From: a virus
IMG/VR virus record: IMGVR_UViG_3300046820_002290
Span: 1-64,000 of that record
DNA: 64,000 bases
Strand: one strand, 5' to 3'
Shown one piece after another: positions 34,710 to 44,652 of the stretch. The notes below the pieces were generated by a model. It saw only the letters and a list, made by a program, of their open reading frames with translations. It did not search any database and had not been told where the DNA came from. The translations under genes were made by a program, and so were the position numbers. The first letter of the stretch is position 1. Every line of letters starts with the position of its first letter.

Positions 34710-37700
34710 ATGGCACTTACCGTTCAAAACCTCCGCGCAGTTGGCACTGGTGTCGAGCCTGCGTCTCTCCTCCCCGGTCAGATTGCTTTCAACATTACCG
34801 ACAAGGTCCTGTATGTTGGCGATGGTTCCAGCTTCAAGACCTCTTTCGACGGCACTCAGGTGGCCGGCGTTCCCGGCGAAGGCTGGTATGCAATGCCGAT
34901 GGACTTTGCCTCCCTCGGTGACTATTATGTTGCTAACCCTGGCTACTGGGGCGACGTTCCTACCGACCAGCAAGTTTTAACCTGGAGCACCGCTCTCAAT
35001 CACCCCATCTGGATCACTGGAACAGGTGGTGGCGGAAGCCAAGTTTATGTGGTGAGCAATGCGAATGTTGCGGCTGCGTCCGGCGCAACAACTAGCGACA
35101 AGATTTCAGCAGCTATTGGCGTTGCTTCTCCCGATGAGGGCAATGTCACCATCGTCACCGGTCTGCCCGACGATGTTTACGAAGGACTTTACTTCTTTAC
35201 CACTGAGTGGGTGAAGGGAGCTGCATACGCTTATCCGAGTGCCTCCGAAGTCATCTACGACAACACCGCACACCCGACTCTGACTGCGACCGTACAGGGC
35301 GCCATCGACGACCTGGATGACGGACTGATTGCAACAACCGCAATCGCGAATACTGCAAACAGCACTGCAACTTCGGCTCTGGCTATCGCCTCCGCCGCAC
35401 TGCCGAAAGCAGGCGGTACGATGACCGGAACCATCGTCGCCCAGAACATTAACGTTCAAACGAGTTACGGGGTTCAGTTTAACTCAGGAGTTAACGGAAC
35501 CATTACCGGAATCAACGACTCGATCAATGCAACTTCTTCCACAATCGCTGCTTCTGGAACCGCAGTAAAAACCGCTTACGACATTGGCGCCGCCGCTCTT
35601 GCTCGCTCTGGCGGGACGATGACCGGTGCCATCACGTTTGTCGCTGGTCAGACTTTCCCGATTTCCGGCATCCAGATTGCTTCCACCTCCCAGCTCGGCG
35701 TGGTGCAAATCGGCACTAACATCAATGTAACCGGTGGCGGCACCATTAGCGTTAACTCCGCCAGCACCTCCACTCCTGGTATCGTTCAGCTTAACGATAC
35801 TCTCTCAAGCTCTTCCGTAACAGAAGCCCTCACCGCTCGCGCTGGCGCTGACCTTCAAACCCAAATCACTTCTCTTTCCGTTGCCTCGAACATTGACCTC
35901 GGTGGTTCTCTGGATTGCACGGTTAGCCCTGGCGGCACGATCGACTCCGTTACCGCCGCCGGCACTGCGGCTGGCCTGTTCGTAGGAAACCCACTTCCTG
36001 CACCAGGGCCAGGAAACGTTGATGTCTATGTGATTGTTACCACGGGTTCTCTCTCCTTCAGTCCCACCGGGGGCGGTGGCCCTTACGCTCCCGAAAACGG
36101 CGACTGGTTCCTTTCCAATGGTACGCAATGGCAATACCTTGGCGTTGGAGCTCGCCCCTCTTATGCCTCGACTTCTACCGCTGGCATCATTCAGCTCGGT
36201 TTCCCTGCGGACACACAGGCGGGCGTAAATAACACTCTTGCTGTTACACCTTTTACTCTACAGAGTAAAGTATCCGACAGCACGAGTACCACAAGCTCAA
36301 CCACGATTGCTTCCAGCACCGCTGTCAAGGCTGCTTACGATTTGGCAAACGCCGCTCTGCCGAAGGCAGGTGGAACGATGACCGGGGATATCACCCTGTC
36401 TGGAGCTGGGGTTGGCATCGTATTCAATGACGCCTCCACAGTTGAAGCCATTAGCGACAGCGTTGCGACCACATCCAGCGTAACTGCCGCTTCTAGCACA
36501 GCTGTCAAGGCTGCCTACGATTTAGCCACCACCGCAAACACAACAGCAAACGCCGCTCTACCTAAAGCAGGTGGTACCATGACAGGTGCCATCACATTTG
36601 TTGCAGGGCAAACCTTCCCGGTCTCTGGCATCCAGGATGCAACGACCGTTCAAAAAGGCGTTGTGCAAATTGGAACCAACATTGATGTTTCCTCTGGAAC
36701 CATTAGCGTCAAGAGTGCCTCCACAACGCAGGCTGGCATCGTTCAACTCAACAATACAAACTCATCTACGTCAACTACACAGGCGCTTACTGCCAACCAA
36801 GGTAAGTTGCTTCAGGATCAAATCAACGCTCTTTCTACTTCCAACAACCTGACCTTTGCTGGCACAATCGACGGTTCCACTGGCTTGATGCTCACGGTGA
36901 CAACCGAGGGTGCCTCCGTTGGATTCACCGTTGGGGCGGTTCTTCCCTCGCCTTCGGCAACAATCAACGAGTACTTTGTGATCGCCAGCGTGGCAGGCAC
37001 AATGACTCCTCCTGGTGGTGTTTCCACTCAGGTTTATGTCGGTGACTGGTGGTTGGCCTCCTCGACCACTTGGACTTATATCGCCGCTGGTTTCCAGCCG
37101 CCCTACGCATCCACTACTACTCCGGGTCTGGTTCGCCTTTCCACAAACGCTGAGACGCAAACTGGAACTGACGCTACCGAGGCCGTCACCCCTGCTTCAC
37201 TCCAGAGCAAGGTTTCCGACTCCACCTCAACAACCTCCAGCACGACCATCGCGTCCAGCACCGCTGTTAAGAGTGCTTATGACTTGGCAAATGCTGCGGT
37301 GCCCAAGTCCATCTACTCGGCCCTCGGCGTCATCGCTTCCGGGACAGGCGCCGGAACTGTTGGTGGTCTAGCCCTGGGCACCACCGGTCAGTTCCTTGCT
37401 GCCAACACAGCTTGCGGTGGCGGTATTGAGTGGTGCACACTGTCACTCGCCTGCATTCCTTGCTCTGCTTTCACAGCTGCTGGTCAACTCCTGGCTGGCA
37501 CCGGGTCCAGCGCCTTTACTGCTCTCAACGTTGGCTCAAACGGTCAGTTCTTGACTGTGGATAGCACTTGCACAGGGGGAATCAAGTGGGTAACTGCCAA
37601 TGGCGCTAACATCTGCGGGTTCACCTGCGCACTCACGCCTTTCAACACTGTCATCGGTGCAACCGCTGGTGCATTGCTTACCGGCTTGTCCGTGGCGAAC

Positions 37701-39194
37701 ACCGCCATCGGCTATGCTGCTCTCGATGCCGAAACAGTAGGGGACTTTAATACGGCCATCGGTCACAATGCCCTGACCGCTCAGAACGGCCCCACCGGTA
37801 ACACTGCCGTAGGCGGCAATGCAGGTGCTCAGATTGTGGGCGGTGCTTGCAACACCTTGATGGGTTACAACACCGGGGATGCCCTCACAACTGGAAACAA
37901 CAACACCGCTCTGGGCATGAATGCCCTCGGCGCCACTATTTCCGGAGGCAATAACGTTGCCGTGGGCATGAACGCCCTCGCTACTTCCACGGTTGGGTGT
38001 CAAACTGCGGTTGGCTACTGCGCCTTGGCTTCTGCCACAACCGGTATTCAGAACACCGGACTGGGTTACTTCACTCTCAACAACTTAATCGCCGGTAACC
38101 AGAACACCGCTGTTGGCTTCGCTGCTGGTCAGTTCACGAGCGGAAACTCCAACACCTACCTCGGTTACAACTCCGGTAACGCGGTAACAACAAGCTCGTT
38201 CAACACGATGGTTGGCTGGGAAGCTGGCGTAACCACGACCAATAACGGCAACAACACTTACGTTGGCGCCTGTTCAGGTAGGCTTCAGACAAGCACCAAT
38301 AACACCGCCGTCGGTACCTGCGCTCTGGCTAACACTGGCGTCAATAACAACACTGGTGTTGGTTTTGCTGCCGGGGCCGCTCTGACTACGGGTAGCAGCA
38401 ATACCTTCGTGGGTGCCACTGCTGGTGACAACGCCACCACGGCTGACAACGCGGTTGCCGTTGGATACAATGCTCTGGGTGCTGCACACACACCTAATGG
38501 CACGGTTGCCATCGGTGCTAATGCTCTGGCTGCCAACACAAGCGGCGCTTGCAACACCGCTGTTGGTTTCAACGCCGGTACCGCCGTCACGACCGGTAGC
38601 AACAACACCATGCTCGGTTATGCCGCTGGCGATACCGTCACCACGGGTACTCAGAACACCTTCCTCGGCTCTGGCTCCGGTGGCTTGGCTGCTACTACTT
38701 CCGAAGGTAACACGGGTGTTGGTTTCAGTGCCTTGGGCCAAGGTGTCTTGTCGGGTGCTTACAACGTCGCTCTCGGCAACAACGCTGGTCTGTCGGTAAC
38801 TTCCGGTGCCATCAACACCCTCGTTGGTTTCTCCGCTGGCTCCGCTATCACGACCGGTGGTAGCAACACACTGGTGGGCCGCTACGCCGGTACCGCCGCT
38901 CTGGCTAACAACGTCGTTCTCTCTGACGGCGCTGGCACCATTCGCTTCCAGTCCAACTCCTCAGGCGCTATCAGCCTGGGTGCTGGCGGGTCTTACGGCA
39001 CTGCGGGTCAAATTCTTGTCTCCGGTGGCTCTGGTGCAGCTCCAACTTGGTCTTCCTCCCTCCCACAAGTTACAGCTCCCACTGCATCTACGGATGCTGG
39101 TACACAGGGTCAAATCGCTTCTGACGCAACCTACTTCTATATGTACACTGGTGGCCGCTGGCAACGTGTTGCCTGGGATGCCACTGCCTGGTAA
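34710..39194 (+). CDS. long tail fibre / adhesin-like protein
   Basis: Mtd-like N-terminus (LLPGQIAFN..LYVGDG), STAVKAAYDLA fibre repeats, many NTAVG..AL YadA-head-like repeats. Confidence 0.85.
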   Translation: MALTVQNLRAVGTGVEPASLLPGQIAFNITDKVLYVGDGSSFKTSFDGTQVAGVPGEGWYAMPMDFASLGDYYVANPGYWGDVPTDQQVLTWSTALNHPIWITGTGGGGSQVYVVSNANVAAASGATTSDKISAAIGVASPDEGNVTIVTGLPDDVYEGLYFFTTEWVKGAAYAYPSASEVIYDNTAHPTLTATVQGAIDDLDDGLIATTAIANTANSTATSALAIASAALPKAGGTMTGTIVAQNINVQTSYGVQFNSGVNGTITGINDSINATSSTIAASGTAVKTAYDIGAAALARSGGTMTGAITFVAGQTFPISGIQIASTSQLGVVQIGTNINVTGGGTISVNSASTSTPGIVQLNDTLSSSSVTEALTARAGADLQTQITSLSVASNIDLGGSLDCTVSPGGTIDSVTAAGTAAGLFVGNPLPAPGPGNVDVYVIVTTGSLSFSPTGGGGPYAPENGDWFLSNGTQWQYLGVGARPSYASTSTAGIIQLGFPADTQAGVNNTLAVTPFTLQSKVSDSTSTTSSTTIASSTAVKAAYDLANAALPKAGGTMTGDITLSGAGVGIVFNDASTVEAISDSVATTSSVTAASSTAVKAAYDLATTANTTANAALPKAGGTMTGAITFVAGQTFPVSGIQDATTVQKGVVQIGTNIDVSSGTISVKSASTTQAGIVQLNNTNSSTSTTQALTANQGKLLQDQINALSTSNNLTFAGTIDGSTGLMLTVTTEGASVGFTVGAVLPSPSATINEYFVIASVAGTMTPPGGVSTQVYVGDWWLASSTTWTYIAAGFQPPYASTTTPGLVRLSTNAETQTGTDATEAVTPASLQSKVSDSTSTTSSTTIASSTAVKSAYDLANAAVPKSIYSALGVIASGTGAGTVGGLALGTTGQFLAANTACGGGIEWCTLSLACIPCSAFTAAGQLLAGTGSSAFTALNVGSNGQFLTVDSTCTGGIKWVTANGANICGFTCALTPFNTVIGATAGALLTGLSVANTAIGYAALDAETVGDFNTAIGHNALTAQNGPTGNTAVGGNAGAQIVGGACNTLMGYNTGDALTTGNNNTALGMNALGATISGGNNVAVGMNALATSTVGCQTAVGYCALASATTGIQNTGLGYFTLNNLIAGNQNTAVGFAAGQFTSGNSNTYLGYNSGNAVTTSSFNTMVGWEAGVTTTNNGNNTYVGACSGRLQTSTNNTAVGTCALANTGVNNNTGVGFAAGAALTTGSSNTFVGATAGDNATTADNAVAVGYNALGAAHTPNGTVAIGANALAANTSGACNTAVGFNAGTAVTTGSNNTMLGYAAGDTVTTGTQNTFLGSGSGGLAATTSEGNTGVGFSALGQGVLSGAYNVALGNNAGLSVTSGAINTLVGFSAGSAITTGGSNTLVGRYAGTAALANNVVLSDGAGTIRFQSNSSGAISLGAGGSYGTAGQILVSGGSGAAPTWSSSLPQVTAPTASTDAGTQGQIASDATYFYMYTGGRWQRVAWDATAW

Positions 39195-39203
39195 TTAAGG
39201 AAA

Positions 39204-39425
39204 ATGGCCTCAGTCTCTCAAATCAGGTTACAGAAGGAAATCAACGTAAAATATACCGGGGGAGAGCCCATCCTCCCCCAGGAGCCAACTCCCTTGCCAG
39301 AGCCGATGCTCGTGATCGGGGGTCAACCCGTGCCCGACGGTACGGATTTTGGCGTTGTAAAAGTGGAAGAAGGGGAATTGATTATCGACCCCGACGACTT
39401 CAACGTTGACTTCAAGACTTTTTAA
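39204..39425 (+). CDS. hypothetical protein
   Basis: AAGGA RBS; 73 aa. Confidence 0.6.
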   Translation: MASVSQIRLQKEINVKYTGGEPILPQEPTPLPEPMLVIGGQPVPDGTDFGVVKVEEGELIIDPDDFNVDFKTF

Positions 39426-39427
39426 TG

Positions 39428-39435
39428 AGGTAAAA
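39428..39435 (+). promoter_or_regulatory. variant late box AGGTAAAA
   Basis: Intergenic; 47 nt before ATG 39475. Confidence 0.55.
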
Positions 39436-39474
39436 GTAACGTAACCCACGACACACACATAGCTTTTTGAAAAA

Positions 39475-40449
39475 ATGGTTAACAATCTTCAGTTTCTTCG
39501 CAGTCTGAACGCCGGCACCTCGCCCGCCTCTCTGGCTGCTGGCCAAATTGCTTTCAACCTGCCCGATCAGAAACTCTTCGTTGGTGACGGCACTGACACC
39601 ATCAAGCGCCTTGATGGTACCACCGAGTCCGTGCTCCTGGGCGAGGGTTACTTCGAGAGCGACCTGAGCCTGGTGTCTTCCAGCGCCTATACCGATCAAA
39701 AGATCGCTGATCTGGTTGATTCGGCCCCTGAGCTGCTTAACACCCTTAACGAACTGGCTGCGGCTATCGGCGACGACGCAAACTTCGTCACCACCATCAC
39801 CACCGCTGTCAGCGGTGTTCAGAGCAACCTGAATACCGAGGTTTCTCGCGCTCAGTCTGCTGAGGCTTCCCTTAGTGCTGCCCTGAGTGCCGAGATCTCT
39901 CGCGCCCAGTCTGCCGAAGGCGTTCTGACCGCCGACCTGGCTGCTGAAGTTGCCCGCGCAACCGCCGCTGAAGGTGTCCTGACCAGCGACCTCGCTGCCG
40001 AAGCCGCTCGCGCTCTGGCCGCCGAGGGAGCTCTGTCCGCTGACCTGGCCACCGAAGTCTCACGTGCCCAGGCTGCCGAAGGTGTCCTGACCAGCGACCT
40101 CGCCACCGAAGTGGCCCGTGCAACTGCTGCTGAAGGCGTTCTGACCGCTGACCTGGCTACCGAAGCCGCTCGCGCTCTGGCTGCTGAAGGCGTCCTGGCT
40201 GCCGGCCTGGCCACTGAAACCTCACGTGCCCAAGCCGCTGAAGGCGTCCTGACTGCCGACCTGGCTTCAGAGGTTGCTCGTGCAACCGCCGCTGAGGCTT
40301 CCGTGCAAGCGGCAGCTGACGCTGCTGTCAACTCCGAAACTGCTCGCGCTCTGGCTGCTGAGGCTGCCCTGAGCGCTCGTATTGCTGACATCGAAAACGG
40401 TATCGACCTTGGTACCTTCGGTGGTGGTGGTCAGGCCCAACAGTTCTGA
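39475..40449 (+). CDS. coiled-coil fibre/whisker protein
   Basis: Mtd-like N-terminus, APELLNTLNELAAAIGDDANF motif, Ala-rich repeats. Confidence 0.75.
   Translation: MVNNLQFLRSLNAGTSPASLAAGQIAFNLPDQKLFVGDGTDTIKRLDGTTESVLLGEGYFESDLSLVSSSAYTDQKIADLVDSAPELLNTLNELAAAIGDDANFVTTITTAVSGVQSNLNTEVSRAQSAEASLSAALSAEISRAQSAEGVLTADLAAEVARATAAEGVLTSDLAAEAARALAAEGALSADLATEVSRAQAAEGVLTSDLATEVARATAAEGVLTADLATEAARALAAEGVLAAGLATETSRAQAAEGVLTADLASEVARATAAEASVQAAADAAVNSETARALAAEAALSARIADIENGIDLGTFGGGGQAQQF
39838..40380 (+). repeat. about 10 tandem 54-nt (18-aa) repeats ExxRAxAAEGVLTADLAx
   Basis: Visible in DNA and protein. Confidence 0.9.
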
Positions 40450-40467
40450 TTTCCACTTCGGTTTTTC

Positions 40468-40494
40468 GACCCTCGCTTCGGCGGGGGTCTTTTT
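40468..40494 (+). terminator. intrinsic terminator
   Basis: GACCCTCGC-TTCG-GCGGGGGTC-TTTTT. Confidence 0.88.
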
Positions 40495-40510
40495 GTAGGC
40501 GGGTGTGCCG

Positions 40511-40518
40511 GGGTAAAA
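40511..40518 (+). promoter_or_regulatory. GGGTAAAA box
   Basis: Lies after the terminator and before the HNH gene. Confidence 0.7.
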
Positions 40519-40545
40519 GTTACCAGAGCAATAAACCACTATAAT
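40518..40545 (+). promoter_or_regulatory. sigma70-type promoter (AGTTAC-N16-TATAAT)
   Basis: Perfect -10 at 40540-40545, upstream of the HNH gene. Confidence 0.5.
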
Positions 40546-40563
40546 AGCTGAAACTCTGTTAGT

Positions 40564-41238
40564 ATGGCCCACAAGGATTCCCCATCGCTAGACCACATTG
40601 ACCCGCTCTGGGAAGAAGGGCGGGATTATCAGTTAGTGTGCGGATGGGACTGTAAGAGAAACTGGCGGGAGTTGACTTATTCAGAAAACTCCGTCAAAGG
40701 TAACCGGTTCCTTCCGTGGAGGTATAGCAAAGATGGGATCGGGACGAAACCTGTGGAAACTGGTGATTGGTGTCAGTTCTACAATCCCTTGACCCAGGAC
40801 TGGGAACTGATGGAGTTCGAGGGAGAGCGGTGGTGGGAGTTATCCAGGGCCTACGATGCTCGCCACCGCAACATGACGAAAATAAGCTCTACCATTCTTG
40901 CTATGCGAACGGAAGAGGGGAAGAAAAAGGGTGGGTACGCGGCTGGGGCGTTGGCTGTCGAGCGGGGCGCATTTGACCTCGACTCCCCCAACTGCATAAA
41001 AACATGTGAGACTTTGAGTGCAGCCGGCAAAATTGGCGGAAGAATCGCCGGAGCAAAGTGCCGAGACGAAGGCATTGGTTGGTGCGGGGCAGATGAAGAA
41101 ACTCTGAGGGATTGGAAACGGGCAGGTGGGCGAGCATCAAAAGGAATGCTTTACTGGAATGATGGGACAAAAAATAAACGAGCCCGTGAATGTCCAGGCG
41201 AAGGATGGGTTCGCGGGAGGATTAAAAAATGGAGTTGA
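40564..41238 (+). CDS. free-standing HNH homing endonuclease
   Basis: LDHIDPL..VCGW...N...LTYSENSVKGN; C-terminal WNDGTKN..CPGEGWVRGR. Confidence 0.75.
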   Translation: MAHKDSPSLDHIDPLWEEGRDYQLVCGWDCKRNWRELTYSENSVKGNRFLPWRYSKDGIGTKPVETGDWCQFYNPLTQDWELMEFEGERWWELSRAYDARHRNMTKISSTILAMRTEEGKKKGGYAAGALAVERGAFDLDSPNCIKTCETLSAAGKIGGRIAGAKCRDEGIGWCGADEETLRDWKRAGGRASKGMLYWNDGTKNKRARECPGEGWVRGRIKKWS

Positions 41239-42449
41239 ATAGCCTAACTCGCATCGAGCAGTTTATGGTGGATGCTCTGATTGCTTCCCCCCTTATCCCA
41301 ATTGGTGTAAACGTATTGCGTCTCGCAGATGTCATAGATCGCGAAGGGGTGGTCTCGCAAACTAACAACATTGTTGTCCGATATACAGGGGCTACAAACA
41401 CGGTAAAAAACAGGATACCGATGGTATTTGAAAGGACACTTCGGTTCGAGTGCAATTACTCGTGTCAGAATTATCTGACCTCTTCCGGCCACGATTTTGC
41501 CACACAGCTTATTACGGGGGCATTCATAACCCTAAATGGCTCGGTTCCAGGTGGAGCATACGTGCAAGCCATTGAACCTTTTGTCTGTGTGAGCGAAGAC
41601 TTTACGGGTTTATCCGATCAGTCTCAGTACACTTACACCCAGGTTTGGCAGATTATCATTGAGGAGGCGTTGCCAGTAATTGCTTTAGATCCCTGCGTCC
41701 AACGTGGCGATTGCCGTCAGATCTTCCCAGCCCTTGGTGTCGAGTCTAAGCTACCTCTTGGTGGCATTCTCGATGACACCACTGGGGATATTTACGTTCC
41801 CGCATACGACTGTGATGGTCAACCACCGGAGGATTACGATGCGTGTTATGGGATAAAATGGAGTAACGAACTGACACAAAGCGGTAACTGGGTCTTTATT
41901 TGTGACCCCGATTGCGTCTTCCTAGAGGATCCTCTCGGTCAACCGATTTATCTTCTCTCTAACAATAGTTACACTGAAGACGGTCGCCTCGTTGTGACAA
42001 TCTTCGACGCGGATACAAAGGAGCCTATTCGGGAAGTATTCTACTGCAACACAGGTAAGAAACTGGCTCGATATGCAGTGGAGCTCTGGAACGATACGGT
42101 AAACAAGATTGGCCCAATCTCATCCAAAGCAGTGAAAGATGCAAGCTGGTATCAGAGTATGAACTACGGTGAGTTCGCTGTGGTTCTTGGCGGATATCAG
42201 TTCATCTACGTGGATCCCCTCAATCCCGATTCCCCTCAGCTTTACGTTGACGGTGGGGTTCTCATCGGCGTCCAGATGCAAACATTTATTCAGACTCCTA
42301 AGGGTAGATTTTATTATGTGGGACAGTCTCCGCAAGGAAAAGGATGGCTTTTAGAAGGGACATTTGAATTAGCTTCTGTAAACTCCCTGTGGCGCTTGGG
42401 CTGTCTCCCGTGCACGGACGGTATAAATTCTCCGCAGCAACCTTGCTAG
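41229..42449 (+). CDS. putative tail completion protein (Mu gp37-like N-terminus)
   Basis: IEQFMVDAL..IVVRYTG..Y.QVW pattern; tentative. Confidence 0.45.
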   Translation: MELNSLTRIEQFMVDALIASPLIPIGVNVLRLADVIDREGVVSQTNNIVVRYTGATNTVKNRIPMVFERTLRFECNYSCQNYLTSSGHDFATQLITGAFITLNGSVPGGAYVQAIEPFVCVSEDFTGLSDQSQYTYTQVWQIIIEEALPVIALDPCVQRGDCRQIFPALGVESKLPLGGILDDTTGDIYVPAYDCDGQPPEDYDACYGIKWSNELTQSGNWVFICDPDCVFLEDPLGQPIYLLSNNSYTEDGRLVVTIFDADTKEPIREVFYCNTGKKLARYAVELWNDTVNKIGPISSKAVKDASWYQSMNYGEFAVVLGGYQFIYVDPLNPDSPQLYVDGGVLIGVQMQTFIQTPKGRFYYVGQSPQGKGWLLEGTFELASVNSLWRLGCLPCTDGINSPQQPC

Positions 42450-42456
42450 AGGCAAA

Positions 42457-42615
42457 ATGCAATCGGCTCAGCAACTCTGGAACAGTTACCATGCCGCAGT
42501 CAAAGCGGGTAACATTGATTTAGCGAATAGGATCTTACGATCCCTACAAAACTACAAAGGGAATCCGCCTCCCGCAAAAGGCGGATGTGTTAAATGCCGT
42601 AGGAGGCTTTATTAA
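42457..42615 (+). CDS. small hypothetical protein (52 aa), not in ORF track
   Basis: MQSAQQLW...GGCVKCRRRLY*; fills the gap and is TAATG-coupled to the next gene. Confidence 0.6.
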   Translation: MQSAQQLWNSYHAAVKAGNIDLANRILRSLQNYKGNPPPAKGGCVKCRRRLY

Positions 42616-42899
42616 TGGCTGACTCTAAAGAAAAAGAAGCAATTGTGCGCCAAAAGGAGTTTCTGGCGGAAGAGGCTCTCAAGGTAGCCAACGAGGCTAT
42701 CGGTCTTCTTCAAGATCAAATGTCCGAATGCTCTACGCGAGACCTTGTGCAAATTTTCTCTGCTTCCGTGAAAGCACATCGGGAAATCACTGAGGATATC
42801 GTGATTCTTACGAAGCCCGAGCCCGCTTCTGAACAGTCCTTAGCTCGTGAGTATGACGGCAAGGTTGAGGAGCTTTTGAAGCGCATCTCGAACTTCTAG
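42615..42899 (+). CDS. possible terminase small subunit
   Basis: Helical 94-aa ORF directly before terL; call is positional only. Confidence 0.4.
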   Translation: MADSKEKEAIVRQKEFLAEEALKVANEAIGLLQDQMSECSTRDLVQIFSASVKAHREITEDIVILTKPEPASEQSLAREYDGKVEELLKRISNF

Positions 42900-42900
42900 T

Positions 42901-44652
42901 ATGCGCCCTATAATCACTAAAGCCAGTTTGCTTGATGAGCATAGCACTTGGCGAAAATACATTCGAGGCATCCAGGAATTGATTGTGATGGAGGCTCCGG
43001 CATCCATCATCGAGGAATATAAGTATAAGGCTGCTCAAAATTGCTTCCTGGCATTTGCCGATATCATGAAGAAAGGCGACCTTAAAGTGGTCGCGTTCCA
43101 CGAAGTGATTGCGTCCGCGTTCGAGGATCTTGCCAATAAACGGTATCGCCGTTTGATCGTATCGTGTCCTCCACGATCCGGAAAGTCAATGCTGGCGTCG
43201 ATGTTTGTGGCGTGGTTGCTAGGTCGTGACCAAATGACCCAGCATATTATTGCGTCCTACGGCCAACAACTATCCGGTAAGTTTCATAAAGACACAATCG
43301 GGTACCTGAAACACCCGGAGTTTAAGAAGATATTCCCGGACTGGAAGGGGTTCTCCCCCGACTCCAAATACGACATGCTTGGTGGCGGTTACATCCTGCC
43401 TACCTCCGTGGGCGGTGTGCTTACTGGTTTCACTGCGGGAACGACTAACATTACGAGTCCGGGGGTGGGGGCTATGATTGTGGACGACCCTCTCAAGGAC
43501 TCGACTTCCACTGCCGCACTTGAAGCGTTGGAATCATGGTGGGGCGAACAAGCGAGTACTCGACGCACCAACAACTGGTGTCAAATGGTAATCGCGACTC
43601 GATTCCACCAACATGACTTGCACGGTGTGCTACTAGAGGCAGACGGTGAATATGATGAAGTTGAGAATCCGAATGGTTGGCGCTGGGTTAACATTGCTGG
43701 ACTGATTGAAACGGCAGAGCAACGAGCGAACGACCCTCTTGAACGTGACCTCGGTGAATCTCATTGGCCTTCAAACACTGCCTTCACGGTCGACATGCTC
43801 ATGGCTCAGAAGAAGACCATGGGTTCATTTGCTTTCGCGGCTCTCTACCAAGGCAACCCCGTTGCGGCAGAAGGTCAGATTATCCGGGATAGTTGGATCT
43901 CCCGCATTGAGAAACCCGATTGCCCAGAGTTTGACTTAACTTGGTTGGCAGTTGACTGTGCATTCTCTGAAAAAGAAATGGCAGACGAGACTGCTATTTG
44001 CGTAGCGTCTATTTCCCACCGTTTTCCCGGCAAAGTCTATATTCGCGAAATAATCACAGGCAGGCTAGGTTTTCCAGACCTTATTGCCAAAGTAAAGCAT
44101 TTATACTCGTTCTACGACGCTCGAGTTCTCTGCATTGAAAAAGCAGCTTCGGGTCAGTCCTTAATTCAGATGCTCAAGAAGGAGGCGAAGATTCCGATCG
44201 AGGAAATGAAACCGCTGAAGTCTAAGACCGTGAGGCTACAGGCAGTTGCCCCACTTATGGAATTTGATCGGGTCAAGTTTGTCGAGGGGGACTGGATTGA
44301 CCCCTTTATTAAAGAGTTGACTACTTTCCCTTTCACTAAACACGATGACCGAACTGACGCTTTCACATGGGCGCTTACGTATTATTCCATGAAGTTAGAT
44401 ACGGTAGATCGGGGCCTCCAGGATGCAATCATTCAAAATAAACGCTTCTTTGGCGAGCTGACCCGGCCCGGTTTTGGCAATCAGAATGTTTTCCCCAACC
44501 TCAGTCGGGGTCGTTTACGTATGTTCCCTGCGGATCATAATTATAACGATCCTGATTACGATTCCGTGAGCGGGGAAGCGGATCCCCGATCTTCTTTTGC
44601 CAGAGGAGTGAGAAGTGGGCAGCGTAACATTGGGTGGGATACAGAGTTGTGA
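42901..44652 (+). CDS. terL: terminase large subunit
   Basis: IVSCPPRSGKS, IVDDP, ATRFH..DL, ALYQG.P, AVDCA, IEKAASG, HDDRTDA. Confidence 0.95.
   Translation: MRPIITKASLLDEHSTWRKYIRGIQELIVMEAPASIIEEYKYKAAQNCFLAFADIMKKGDLKVVAFHEVIASAFEDLANKRYRRLIVSCPPRSGKSMLASMFVAWLLGRDQMTQHIIASYGQQLSGKFHKDTIGYLKHPEFKKIFPDWKGFSPDSKYDMLGGGYILPTSVGGVLTGFTAGTTNITSPGVGAMIVDDPLKDSTSTAALEALESWWGEQASTRRTNNWCQMVIATRFHQHDLHGVLLEADGEYDEVENPNGWRWVNIAGLIETAEQRANDPLERDLGESHWPSNTAFTVDMLMAQKKTMGSFAFAALYQGNPVAAEGQIIRDSWISRIEKPDCPEFDLTWLAVDCAFSEKEMADETAICVASISHRFPGKVYIREIITGRLGFPDLIAKVKHLYSFYDARVLCIEKAASGQSLIQMLKKEAKIPIEEMKPLKSKTVRLQAVAPLMEFDRVKFVEGDWIDPFIKELTTFPFTKHDDRTDAFTWALTYYSMKLDTVDRGLQDAIIQNKRFFGELTRPGFGNQNVFPNLSRGRLRMFPADHNYNDPDYDSVSGEADPRSSFARGVRSGQRNIGWDTEL

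Noticed and set aside
39838-40380. CRISPR-like or DGR repeat
   Set aside because: In-frame coding repeats with no spacers; no cas or reverse transcriptase gene in the window
276-44652. Introns or inteins in gyrA, pol or terL
   Set aside because: ORFs are continuous with normal motif spacing; the endonucleases are intergenic
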